Origin: an uncultured Desulfobacter sp.
GTDB taxonomy: Bacteria > Desulfobacterota > Desulfobacteria > Desulfobacterales > Desulfobacteraceae
Reading direction: 5' to 3'
Assembly (NCBI GenBank): GCA_963665095.1
Contig: OY762069.1
Coordinates: 3,680,001 to 3,744,000 of the forward strand
Length of the DNA: 64,000 nucleotides
Shown here: positions 1-9,592 of the stretch, piece by piece
Position numbering within the stretch: the first letter of the stretch is position 1
How the letters are laid out: each line of letters starts with the position of its first letter
Made by a program: the position numbers and the translations under genes
Notes under the pieces: generated by a model
What the model saw: only the letters and a program-made list of their open reading frames with translations
Database searches by the model: none
Told to the model about the DNA's origin: nothing

Positions 1-367
1 TGCCTGGATTCAGAGTATGAAGATGGCCCACAGGAAGATAAGGGACTGACACGGCAATGGCTTTCAGATCATTCAACAGCCTGACTTTTGGAATGTGGCA
101 GACCTCCTGAATTGTTTTGCCGTCAATGATCCAGGGCAGATTGGTGATCTGGGAACGATGGTCTTTCACCGGGCCTGCCACACCAAAACAGGCGGCCTCG
201 GGCGCAACATCGATCTGCTCAAGGAACTTATTTACAATGGCTTCAAGAGACGGATAGTCTCCACTTGGAAACCGGGCCTCATGGACCGGATTACCCGGCA
301 CCTGCTCTTTTCCGGTATAAATCGCAAGCACGGTTTTAGTGCCGCCAATATCCCCTGCAAGAATCAT
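1..367 (-). CDS. glk: Glucokinase, 5' part (runs off the window start)
   Basis: Manual minus-strand translation from ATG 367 gives MILAGDIGGTKTVLAIY...ACFGVAGPV...ITNLPW...LLNDL, the classic Glk motifs. Absent from the ORF track because it is truncated. Confidence 0.9.
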   Translation of the reverse strand, partial: MILAGDIGGTKTVLAIYTGKEQVPGNPVHEARFPSGDYPSLEAIVNKFLEQIDVAPEAACFGVAGPVKDHRSQITNLPWIIDGKTIQEVCHIPKVRLLNDLKAIAVSVPYLPVGHLHTLNPG

Positions 368-426
368 GGGTTGTTCTCCGTGTTATCCTGAGTATGTTGC
401 AAAAAATAGTGGGGAAATAATTGCCT

Positions 427-2870
427 CTATTTCCAATCCCCGGTCACTTGAAATGCAGCCCAATAAAAAGGATGATTAAATTTTGTATTGGATGATTTCT
501 GGTTGATGGACATGCCCCGATTTATCAGGTTTTGCGTATCTGTCTGTATGCCTAAAAGGGATAGCTGAGCTAATTGAAGTGCTTTGGTCGGCCGCTGACC
601 CGTCAACAGGTGTTCATAAAAGTTAATCATCAGCAAGGATGTGGCCTCATCGGAAACCTTCCAGAGAGAGGACATCAAAGCTGGTGTACCCGCATAGAGC
701 ATACCCCGGGTAAGGCCGACCACCTCATCCCCGACACTGATTTCACCAATTCCGGTTTCACAGGCTGACATAGTGACAAAACGAGCGTTCAGGGCAACTT
801 TCATTATTTCCCAGGCTTCAAGCCGGCCATCCGTATGATTGTCCCTGGCCAACAGCATTGCACTGCGACTCGGGCTTTGCCGGTTAAACTCACCATGGCA
901 GGCCAAATGTACAACATCTGCCCGGGGGGCTTGTTCTATAAACGCAGATTCTGTGGCATCCGAACCTGTCAGTATTGTTACTTTGGGATTGCTTTTACCC
1001 TTAAAAAACAGGGCACCTAACTGGTTGGCCTCTTGTGCCGCCCCCGGAAGGGCCCACTGATCCTCCGTCATACCCGGTAGTGTTACCGAAAGATCCGGAT
1101 TTCCAAAAGCCAGAAAGCTGTCAATGGGGCGGCCTGTTCTTTCCCTGCAAAAGGGTAAGATTCCGGCTGCCGGCAGAATTGAAATTTCAGACCGTTCAAT
1201 CAGCCATCCCTGACCGTCATGCAGGGAGGTGAACGGCAGGGTGTGCAATGGCCCGTGGGGAACGATGACCACGCGCCGGGGCAGCCCTTCAGGAAAGGCA
1301 TCCCCGAACAAGGCTTTGTATAGGGCCCGGGCTTTGGGACTGGGATCACCGGTACCGGTGCAGATACTCTTACGAAGCTCAGCAACCATGGCTGAAATTC
1401 TGCGCTCCGGCTGCGCAATGTGATGCACTTGAAGGCCGGAGGTATTGCCCACAAACATCAGCCCCTGATTTTCATTAAGCATAAATTCCACCAGGGTAAC
1501 ATTATCGAAGTAGGGCTTCATCGTGTTCCAGGAGGGGGACTGGGCTGTGACAAAAGAGGCCAGTTCCTTATCACTGGAGGTTAATGCATCCTGGGCGTTT
1601 TGAACACTTCGATTAGCCGCCTCCCGGCTTTCAAGGCTCTTTTTACCACCGTCGGCAAAAACAGATCCAATGGAAGATTTAAATACATTTTCGGTCCGGA
1701 AAGCCAGATAACTGGCCTCCACTTCCTTGTTTTTTCCCAGGGTTTTGCCTTCCAGCAAATCTGCCAGAGCCCGGGCTTTTGATTTTTCAACGATGGCAAA
1801 TGCCTTTTCTATTTCACCATGCATGGCATACCTGATGGCCAATCGTTCATAAGGACGGCCACGGTCTTTTAAAAAATGCCGCTTATAGGAATCTTTCTGC
1901 AAGGCGCTTCGTTCGGTTTCAGCGATGCTGACTGCCTTTTCATAGTGTTCAACAGCCGTTTCAGGCTGTCCCAGATTTTCATAACAATCACCCAGGGCAT
2001 CATGGGCAGTCCATAGGTACTCTCCGCCCAGGGCCGGTGATTGGTGTATGGTTTGGCAATAGGCTTCCAGCTGGGAAGCCGCAGCTTGATAGCTGCCTTC
2101 GAGATAATCTGCATAACCAAAGTAAAATTGTTTTTTGGTTCTGAAATAAAGATTGCTCTCGTTCATTATGCTTCCGGGCACATAAAAGGCTTCTGTGCCG
2201 CCGACAGCCAATATCATGGGAAATGCCACAACCGTCAGGGCAGCCACGCCCGTATCCCCTTTAAAATCTTTTTGATCAATATGTTCTGCGTATTTTCTCA
2301 GCAACCTCGGATCTTTCAGGTGAACGCCAAGGTTCAGCAACCCGGCGTTATAGCCTGGCTTGGCCCACTGCCACTGCTTTTTACTCATGCACCGTTCCAT
2401 CTTCGCCATTGAGATACGGATATCTTCCAGTGCCCTGAAGGTTTTAAGGTCATCGCCATCCAGCAACGATCGCTGCACCATCAGCGGGTGAGCCACCCCA
2501 TAGCTGTAGGAATACCGGCAATCCTCTAGAGTGGGATCGCTGCCATCCGTCATATCCATGGAGTACTCCATGGCTGACAAGGCTGTTTTCAACGCCCTGT
2601 CAAACCGTTCGATTTCACCGGTTTTCAAGGCCGATTCCAGATACGGTGTGATAACTTCCGGCATATTACGAAAATCAATTTGTATTACAATATCCGACCA
2701 GCCCCCTTTCACACTCCTGCTTTCCTGGTCCTTGAGAACATTTTCAATGTGGGCAATGAATGCATCACCGATCAGAAATACTTTTTCATGGTTTCCCAAT
2801 TGTGTATACACCCGCATCAAAGCATCTATCTCCTCTTGCCGCAGCTTTAAGGCCATTTGTTCGGGGGTCA
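427..2870 (-). pseudogene. TPR-CHAT (caspase-like) protease, 3' fragment of a gene interrupted by IS110
   Basis: TPR-like helices followed by a CHAT domain with VVHLACHG (His), TMSACETG (Cys) and C-terminal HPFYWAAFQVTG. Joins in frame to 4491..4673 when the IS is removed. Confidence 0.88.
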
Positions 2871-3009
2871 CCCATTAAAGGCCGGGTCAAGAGAAAAAAC
2901 ACCTCCCCGTGAAAAAAATTCCTTTTTTTCTTGACCCTCGCACTATTTGTAATTTTTCAAAATCGACAGCTTTTTTCCCTGTCCGCGCCTGTTATTTCGT
3001 CGTGTGGTT

Positions 3010-3290
3010 CACGGAAATGATCCGCACCAGTCACCCATCAGGTTCAAGGCAGATGTGTACCAGGCAAAATGCGTGGTACACGGCCCCTGGTCCGTTCGGA
3101 CCCCAGAAAATCTTCAGTGCCGTACCGTGGCTAATTGTTTGTTTTCAAATCTTATGGTTGTTAACCAACCCCTTACAGGCTCACGGCACAGGCGAATCAG
3201 GATATAAAAAACTGTGTGGCTGCAGCAGTTGCCAATCAAACCTAATGGTTCATACCAACCCCTGAAATGGTTCGCTGCTGCAGCCTTAAT
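3010..3290 (-). ncRNA. Putative bridge/seek RNA of the IS110 element (boundaries approximate)
   Basis: Stem-loops 3218-3285 and 3117-3189 carry AGGTTTGA / AGATTTGA plus GGGGT, matching the insertion target. ATGGGTGA (3031-3038) matches the IS end plus core. Confidence 0.75.
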
Positions 3291-4307
3291 TTACCGGCAA
3301 AAAAGACCTACCTCATCAAAGGGGATCTGATCCCGCATGATATAGTAGGATGCACGGCAAATTTTGTTGCTCAACGCTTTGGTGGCTACAATCCCGTTTC
3401 GTTTGGCATTTTTGCGCTGGAAAAATTTTCTTGCTTCCGGGCAATACCTTTTTGCAAAATTTGCAGCTTCTACATATGCCCAGGCAAGATACTTGTTTCC
3501 GTTTTTTGTATTATTTCTTCCTTTCTTCTTCCCATTGGATATTTTTTCACTTTTAACACAACGGCAATAGGAAGAATAGCATCCTACCTTGGCAAACCGT
3601 TTGATCTCGCCAACCTCAAGCATGATAGTCAGTGCCAGAATATTGCCGACACCCGGTATTGTTTTAAGCATTTCAAAGGCTTTTTTCATTTTAACCTGGG
3701 AAAGCGCCTGTCGTTCAATCGCTTTGATGGAATTACTCAGGTCCTTGATGGTCCTGATCTGAAGTGCTGCCATGAACCCCTGATTTGAATCAAACATTTG
3801 ATGAACCTCAGGTTCCTTCAATTTTTTGATCGCATTACCTGACATTTTTATGCCAAGTTGCCTTGTTACCATGCTTTGTAAACTCAAAATTTGAGTTGTT
3901 CTTTGCTGCACAAACAAAAGTCTTCGGCGTAAAATATCCCGGACAGCTCTTTCTTCCCGAGGATAAATGTAGCCTTCCGGCAGAATGTTTAACCGCCTCA
4001 TGTGTGCGAGCCAGAAGGAGTCCCACTTGTCGTCGGTATACTTGAGCCCTTCGTACTGTTGAATGGCTGACGGGTTGGCCAGATGAACTCTATAGCCGTT
4101 TTCCTCAAGGCCATCAACCAGCCAGTACCAGTTGTAGGTTGATTCTACCACGATACCTTCCAGATTTTGTCTGAACGGTTCCAGAATTTGAAGTACATCC
4201 GGCAAATTATTGTCAAGCCGTTTTCCAAATAACCGTTTGTCATTTTCATCAATGATTCCTACGTAATTATTGCTTGAATGCAAATCAATTCCAGCGTAGA
4301 GTTTCAT
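3291..4307 (-). CDS. IS110-family transposase/recombinase
   Basis: N-terminal YAGIDLH, IVVEST, KYTDDKWDS (DEDD RuvC-like); TIPGVG; C-terminal SEKISNG...KNGNKYL; GGAGG RBS upstream. Confidence 0.95.
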   Translation of the reverse strand: MKLYAGIDLHSSNNYVGIIDENDKRLFGKRLDNNLPDVLQILEPFRQNLEGIVVESTYNWYWLVDGLEENGYRVHLANPSAIQQYEGLKYTDDKWDSFWLAHMRRLNILPEGYIYPREERAVRDILRRRLLFVQQRTTQILSLQSMVTRQLGIKMSGNAIKKLKEPEVHQMFDSNQGFMAALQIRTIKDLSNSIKAIERQALSQVKMKKAFEMLKTIPGVGNILALTIMLEVGEIKRFAKVGCYSSYCRCVKSEKISNGKKKGRNNTKNGNKYLAWAYVEAANFAKRYCPEARKFFQRKNAKRNGIVATKALSNKICRASYYIMRDQIPFDEVGLFCR

Positions 4308-4489
4308 TTGGCACCTCCTAAATCCAAAGTGTTCTTGTTGAACTGGTACTATAGCAATCGTTGCTATAGTTAGGGAGGTGTCACTTTTTTTTCTAATTTG
4401 CGAGGACCTGCCATCATACGATTCTATGAAAAATATCTGTGATGACAGGTAGCTTTCGTTCCTGCTTTCGCCTGGCCTTTATATGATTA

Positions 4490-4673
4490 TCAAACCTTTT
4501 TCCATCTTTTTGGCCAGGGTCAAAGCCTCGGTCCATTTTCCGCTCATGGCCAATTCCTGGCTCATGGCTTTTAGCCGCTGTCCACGCATTTGCCCCCCGG
4601 CGCAGCCGGTAATAAGCATCAGGGCGGCCCCAAAAGAGGCTATTGAAAACAGGCAGTATCTAAAATTGTTCAT
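4490..4673 (-). pseudogene. 5' fragment (lipoprotein signal peptide) of the IS-interrupted TPR-CHAT gene
   Basis: GGAGGA RBS, then MNNFRYCLFSIASFGAALMLITGC (lipobox). Ends ...EKGL at the IS junction. Confidence 0.85.
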
Positions 4674-4703
4674 GAAGTCCTCCAGCACAGCATACTTTGA
4701 ACT

Positions 4704-5705
4704 CTAATTTTGAAGTGCAGCATAACGGGTCACCAACTTATGACCGGCTCGTTCCATGGCATTCAGCAACTTTGCTGAAAATTCGATGTTATCACAGAAA
4801 GATACAACCACAGCCCCGCTGGCCGTATCAATCATATCCAGATTGATAAGAATGGTATCGCCTTGCAGAAGAATGGATCCACCAACCATTTTGGAGACAC
4901 CCAGTGCCTTTCCCATCTCCATCAGGCAGGATTGATTACAGGGGATTACCGGTTTATTTTGCTGCTCCGAGAGGAGCAGGTTCATCTCCTTAACACCAAG
5001 AATATTAAAGTAAGCGGTTCTTTCCAGCACCGAACGAAAATAGTTACTGAGAATAACTTCTTCTGTTTTAGACAGCCCTGCAGCGCCAATATCTGCCACG
5101 GCAATCATTTCAGGTGAATCCATGGGTTTGGGTAAATTTTCAGCCAGAGCCGTTTTGTAGCCTGAGGACGACAAGGTGGTCTCTTTGTGCTTCAATTCCC
5201 TTTCGATCTCCCTGAAAACCTCGCGAACCATCATTTCGGTGGTACCCATGTACACCAAGGCCACATTTGAGGTCCCGCCGGCCAGTTTCTCGCCGGTTTT
5301 CCGGTCTGATATTTTCACCCGGAACCGGTTGAGCTTCAAACCTAGAAGGTCTCTATTGCAATCATACCTGAACATGGCGATCATTTCTGCATCCTGCTCT
5401 GATGTGACAAATCTAAAACCCATTTTTTCCAACTCATCCACCACAAAGGGCTTTAAATTCATTTTGTCGTCATGGGAATATTTCATAAAAATTGTTTTAT
5501 TGAAAAATTGAAATATCTCTGATGCCACCTCCGTTGAGACAGTGGCGCCGGCAGCAGACACGCTTGAACTCGTGAGAAATATCATGCCAGCAACGCACAG
5601 GATCATGTATTTGGCAAAATAGAAAAGCCTGTCTACAGTTCGAAATTTTGTTTCAGCCGGATGAATCATAGGATCCTCTTCAAGAAAATGGCGCATTAAA
5701 AGCAA
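4704..5705 (-). CDS. Exported hypothetical protein with C-terminal CsgG/TolB-N-like domain (true start probably ATG 5669)
   Basis: Hydrophobic signal-like N-terminus. The C-terminal pattern IAVADI...EMNLLLSEQ...CLMEMGKALGVSKMVGGSI...INLDMIDTASG is typical of CsgG-like folds. Confidence 0.6.
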   Translation of the reverse strand: MLLMRHFLEEDPMIHPAETKFRTVDRLFYFAKYMILCVAGMIFLTSSSVSAAGATVSTEVASEIFQFFNKTIFMKYSHDDKMNLKPFVVDELEKMGFRFVTSEQDAEMIAMFRYDCNRDLLGLKLNRFRVKISDRKTGEKLAGGTSNVALVYMGTTEMMVREVFREIERELKHKETTLSSSGYKTALAENLPKPMDSPEMIAVADIGAAGLSKTEEVILSNYFRSVLERTAYFNILGVKEMNLLLSEQQNKPVIPCNQSCLMEMGKALGVSKMVGGSILLQGDTILINLDMIDTASGAVVVSFCDNIEFSAKLLNAMERAGHKLVTRYAALQN

Positions 5706-6113
5706 AAAAATTGCTTTTTGTTAAAAACTTAAAAAAAAGGGACAGGAACTTGATAGTTTAAAAAATATTGAAAACTTTTTATATAAATAGTGCCTGGACG
5801 AAAACCCCGTGTGACTTGCTTTATCAGAAGGAAATAATTGAAGTCAAGCCTCAAATCCACCTCCTAATTTGAGGATGCCCCTGTGCATATCATTTTCAGG
5901 GTGGCGCAAATCCGGGGGTAATGGCCGCCTGAATCAAGCCCTGCTTCACCCCCTTGAAAATGTGCTCAGGGATTTAAAGCGACGCCTGGAGATCCACCGT
6001 ACAAACATCACAGCAAAAATTCGATGATTTTGTATATTTAATATAATTTTTTGGACAATTAATTTATTATCCACATATTTTTTGATTTTTTATGAGTTTG
6101 ATGCAATTTTTTA

Positions 6114-6141
6114 TTGACTCGCTTTATTTTAAGTATATAAA
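6114..6141 (+). promoter_or_regulatory. Candidate sigma70 promoter for the D-amino-acid operon
   Basis: TTGACT-16 nt-TATAAA in a very AT-rich stretch. Confidence 0.4.
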
Positions 6142-6316
6142 GTATTATATATGTAACTGATGCCGAATGAATAATACCCCGGCAATCTGCCATTATCTCC
6201 GGCATTGCAAAAATCACGGCCCTGTCCGATTTCCAATAGTCGGTCAGATCCTCAAAAACAGGCATGAACGCGGTCTAACGGCGTCTGGTGGTTCATGCAG
6301 ATAAAAAGGAGACTAA

Positions 6317-7165
6317 ATGGATACCTATTACATCAATGGCGAATTTGTACCCGAAGACAAAGCCGTTCTCAGCGTAAAGGATATTACCGTCCTGCGGGGA
6401 TTCGGTGTTTTTGACTTCCTCATCACCTATAACAAACGCCCGTTCCGCCTGGAAAAGCATGTGGCACGCCTTGAAAATTCCGCCTCTCACATCGGACTGA
6501 AACTGAACCATACCAATGCTGAGATCTGCGATATTGTCAGACAGAGCATTGAAAAAAATCCCCAGCATGACGAGTATAACATCCGTATTGTCTATACCGG
6601 CGGCATCAGCCCGGACGGTGTTACACCCCAGGGTAACGGCGAACTGATGGTCATGGTTACGGGCAGGCATAAACTGCCCGACTGGTGGTACACAAAAGGG
6701 GCCAAGGTTATCACCGTTGACATGGAACGGTTCATCCCTGAAGCCAAAAGCACCAATTACCTGTCCGCAGTATTTGCCCAGCAGAAAGCCTTAAGTCAGG
6801 ATGCCATTGAAGCCATTTACAAAGACCGGGAGAACCGCCTTCTTGAAGGCACTACCACCAACATTTTCTGCTTCAAGGATGGCAAGCTGATCACCCCGCC
6901 TGCAGATATTCTTCCCGGCGTCACCCGGGGTGCGGTCCTGGAACAGCTGGAAAACAAATATGACATTGTCCTGGACTACATTCCTTATTCAAATTTGGCT
7001 GATATGGATGAAGTATTCATTACCGCGTCCAACAAAGAGATTGTGCCCATTGTCCAGGTGGACGATATCACCATTGCAGACGGCAAACCCGGAAAGAATA
7101 CGTTAGACCTGATGGCAGACTGGAAAAAATACACCACTGCCTATGGACTCGGAGAGGCAGACTGA
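6317..7165 (+). CDS. PLP fold-type IV aminotransferase, probably D-amino-acid transaminase
   Basis: LRGFGVFDFL, EAKSTNY (PLP Lys), LLEGTTTNIF, ILPGVTR, DEVFITAS. Confidence 0.85.
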   Translation: MDTYYINGEFVPEDKAVLSVKDITVLRGFGVFDFLITYNKRPFRLEKHVARLENSASHIGLKLNHTNAEICDIVRQSIEKNPQHDEYNIRIVYTGGISPDGVTPQGNGELMVMVTGRHKLPDWWYTKGAKVITVDMERFIPEAKSTNYLSAVFAQQKALSQDAIEAIYKDRENRLLEGTTTNIFCFKDGKLITPPADILPGVTRGAVLEQLENKYDIVLDYIPYSNLADMDEVFITASNKEIVPIVQVDDITIADGKPGKNTLDLMADWKKYTTAYGLGEAD

Positions 7166-8334
7166 TGAAGCAGACAGAGACCACCGCACTTTTACCCCAG
7201 AGCCGGGTGAACGTGGATCTGTCCGCCTTTGCCCACAATATAAAAACACTTAAAGCCCGTATCCCGTCCACCACCCGGTTCTGTGCGGTGGTAAAGGCCA
7301 ATGCCTACGGCCATGGTGCGATCCAGTCTGCCAAAACCGCCACGGAGAACGGGGCTGATTTCCTGGCTGTTGCCCGGATTTCAGAGGCAGTGACCTTAAG
7401 AGAGGCGGGCCTCACCCTGCCCATTCTTCTCCTTGGCGAAGTGCTGCCCGAACAGGTGACCTATCTGGCAACCAACGGCATCCGTGCCAGCATCGGGGAT
7501 ATTCAGACGGCCAAAGCAGTGTCCGATGCCGCCCGTGCCGCCGGCCTTAAATTGAAGGCGCACATTAAGCTTGATACCGGTATGGGACGATTAGGTTTCA
7601 TTCCGGAGGATATGGTTGCCGGAGATGGCGCTGCTTCCTGCGGCATCCGCCAGGCCGATTTGATTGCCGGCCTCAAAGGCCTGGAGGTTGAAGGGGTGTA
7701 TACCCATTTTGCCAAAGCCGATATCAGGGACAAAAACCATGTCAAAGGCCAGCTGGCCCGGTTTAACAACATGGTGTCCGTGCTGGCGGATATGGAAATC
7801 CGACCTGCCATCCGCCATGCAGCAAACTCTGCCGCCCTTCTTGAGCTGCCCGCAGCCCATTTTGATATGGTTCGTCCGGGAGTTGCCATGTACGGCATGG
7901 CCCCGTCCGACGAGGTGGACATTGAAGGCCCCGGACTGAAACCGGTTATGTCCATCTCCTCAAAAATCATTTATGTCAAAACCGTGCCTGCCCATTTTAC
8001 CGTCAGTTACGGCGCCACCCATGAAACCCAGACCACAACCACCATTGCCACAGTGCCCATCGGATATGCCGACGGCTACAGCCGGCTGTTGTCCAACAGG
8101 GGCAGGATGCTGGTAAAAGGGCAGACAGCTCCCATTGTGGGGCGGGTCACCATGGATTTTACCATGATTGATGTAGGTCATATTCCAGGGGTGGAGATCG
8201 GAGATGATGTGATGGTCATGGGTACTCAGGACGACGAATGCATCCTGGCTGACGATATCGCCGACCTCACTGGGACCATCAACTACGAGGTGACAGCGGG
8301 TCTCACCGGCCGGATGCCCCTGTCATTTATTTAA
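7165..8334 (+). CDS. alr: Alanine racemase
   Basis: AVVKANAYGHG (PLP Lys), HIKLDTGMGRLG, VSYG (catalytic Tyr), GYADG, GRVTMD. Confidence 0.95.
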   Translation: MKQTETTALLPQSRVNVDLSAFAHNIKTLKARIPSTTRFCAVVKANAYGHGAIQSAKTATENGADFLAVARISEAVTLREAGLTLPILLLGEVLPEQVTYLATNGIRASIGDIQTAKAVSDAARAAGLKLKAHIKLDTGMGRLGFIPEDMVAGDGAASCGIRQADLIAGLKGLEVEGVYTHFAKADIRDKNHVKGQLARFNNMVSVLADMEIRPAIRHAANSAALLELPAAHFDMVRPGVAMYGMAPSDEVDIEGPGLKPVMSISSKIIYVKTVPAHFTVSYGATHETQTTTTIATVPIGYADGYSRLLSNRGRMLVKGQTAPIVGRVTMDFTMIDVGHIPGVEIGDDVMVMGTQDDECILADDIADLTGTINYEVTAGLTGRMPLSFI

Positions 8335-8347
8335 AAGGAGGCCTGTC

Positions 8348-9592
8348 ATGCAGGCAAAACAGGAATTTAACTTTCAGACAGGCTCGTGGTTTAAGGAGAA
8401 TGCCGCTCCCGGGGATGCGTCTGTGATCATTGCCGGAGACTGGGCGCCCATCCGGGCGTTTGCGCCATTGATCGAATCAAATCCCGAAGCCATTTACGGA
8501 AATCTTCTCCCCCTTCTCCGGGATGCAGACGCAACCCTTGTCAATCTGGAGGCCCCTTTAAGCGATATCGGCCGCGAAGTCTGTAAAAGCGGGGCTGTCT
8601 TCAAGGGAGAGACCTGCCATGTCCAGGGGCTTTCCACTGTGCCGTTCACAGCGGTCACCCTCGCCAACAACCATATGTTTGATTTTGGCGTTGAGGCGTT
8701 TCAACAGACCGCAGAGGTTCTGGAACGGCACGGTATTGCCCACACCGGTGCCGGCATGAACAAAGAAGAGGCCGAATCTCCACTGATCATGGAGGCCAAC
8801 GGCCTGAAAGTTGCCATTATCAATATCAGCGAGGGCGAAGACCTGACAGGTGCCGGCCCCGGACCGGGTGTGGCAGGCTGGGATATCAAGGGGGCAGCTG
8901 CCACCATTGCAGAACTGAAAGCAAATCAGGCAGACAGCGGTATCTGCGCTGTCATTGCCGTGGTTCATTGCGGGCTTGAGTATGTTCCCTTTGCACCGAC
9001 CTATGTCACAACTGCATTCAGGGATCTTGCCGATGCTGGTGCAGACGCGGTGATCGGCCACCACCCCCACGTCCCCCAAGGGATTTTCTTCCACAACCAC
9101 ACCCCCATCTGCTGCAGCCTGGGCAATTTTGTTTTTTACCAGCCCACCCGTTTTTTCTGGCGCAAGCTGGGATATATGGTACGCCTGCATCTGTGTGAAA
9201 ACGGGCTTAAAGGCATTGATATCCTTCCCTACCAGATTCATGACAATGGGGTGGACATGCTTTCAGGCAGTGCAAAGGAATATTTTTTCCAACGGTTTAA
9301 AGAGATCAGCGACCCTTTGTCAACGCCTAAGGGATGTGAGACAGCCTGGCAGGGATTCCTGGATTATTACGGGGTTACAGGCCTTAAAAACGAGGTCGGC
9401 ATGATCCTGAACAAACTGGACGAAACCCCCGGCAAAGGTGCGGCCATGTTCCGGAACCGCCTGACAACGGCCCAGCACTATTACCACTGGACCGATCTTT
9501 TTACCCGGATCGTTAGCAATCAGATGGGAACCAGTCCGGACTGGGCACAGAAAATTGCCGAAGAGTGGATGACAAGACAGGTGGAAATATGA
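8348..9592 (+). CDS. CapA/PgsA-family metallophosphoesterase-fold protein
   Basis: AGD, VNLEAP, LANNHMFDFG, VHCGLE, VIGHHPHVPQ, SLGNFVF. Confidence 0.88.
   Translation: MQAKQEFNFQTGSWFKENAAPGDASVIIAGDWAPIRAFAPLIESNPEAIYGNLLPLLRDADATLVNLEAPLSDIGREVCKSGAVFKGETCHVQGLSTVPFTAVTLANNHMFDFGVEAFQQTAEVLERHGIAHTGAGMNKEEAESPLIMEANGLKVAIINISEGEDLTGAGPGPGVAGWDIKGAAATIAELKANQADSGICAVIAVVHCGLEYVPFAPTYVTTAFRDLADAGADAVIGHHPHVPQGIFFHNHTPICCSLGNFVFYQPTRFFWRKLGYMVRLHLCENGLKGIDILPYQIHDNGVDMLSGSAKEYFFQRFKEISDPLSTPKGCETAWQGFLDYYGVTGLKNEVGMILNKLDETPGKGAAMFRNRLTTAQHYYHWTDLFTRIVSNQMGTSPDWAQKIAEEWMTRQVEI

Larger units (their letters stand above)
2871..4489 (-). mobile_element. IS110-family (IS1111-type) insertion sequence, about 1.62 kb
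   Basis: DEDD transposase inside. Core TGA (+strand TCA) at 2868-2870 and 4490-4492. Sub-terminal inverted repeat TAAAGGCC (2876-2883) / GGCCTTTA (4474-4481). About 420 nt of non-coding sequence downstream of tnp. Removing the element restores the host reading frame. Confidence 0.92.

Noticed and set aside
95..391. 98-aa plus-strand ORF
   Set aside because: Antisense shadow of glucokinase on the minus strand.
427..2871. 814-aa ORF treated as an intact gene starting at GTG 2871
   Set aside because: The GTG is created by the IS junction. The native start with RBS and lipobox is at 4673.
2909..3265. Plus-strand ORFs inside the IS right end as passenger genes
   Set aside because: No motifs or RBS. 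The region is better explained as structured guide RNA on the minus strand.
8348..9592. Poly-gamma-glutamate capsule locus
   Set aside because: No capB/capC synthetase genes nearby and no membrane anchor on the CapA-like protein.
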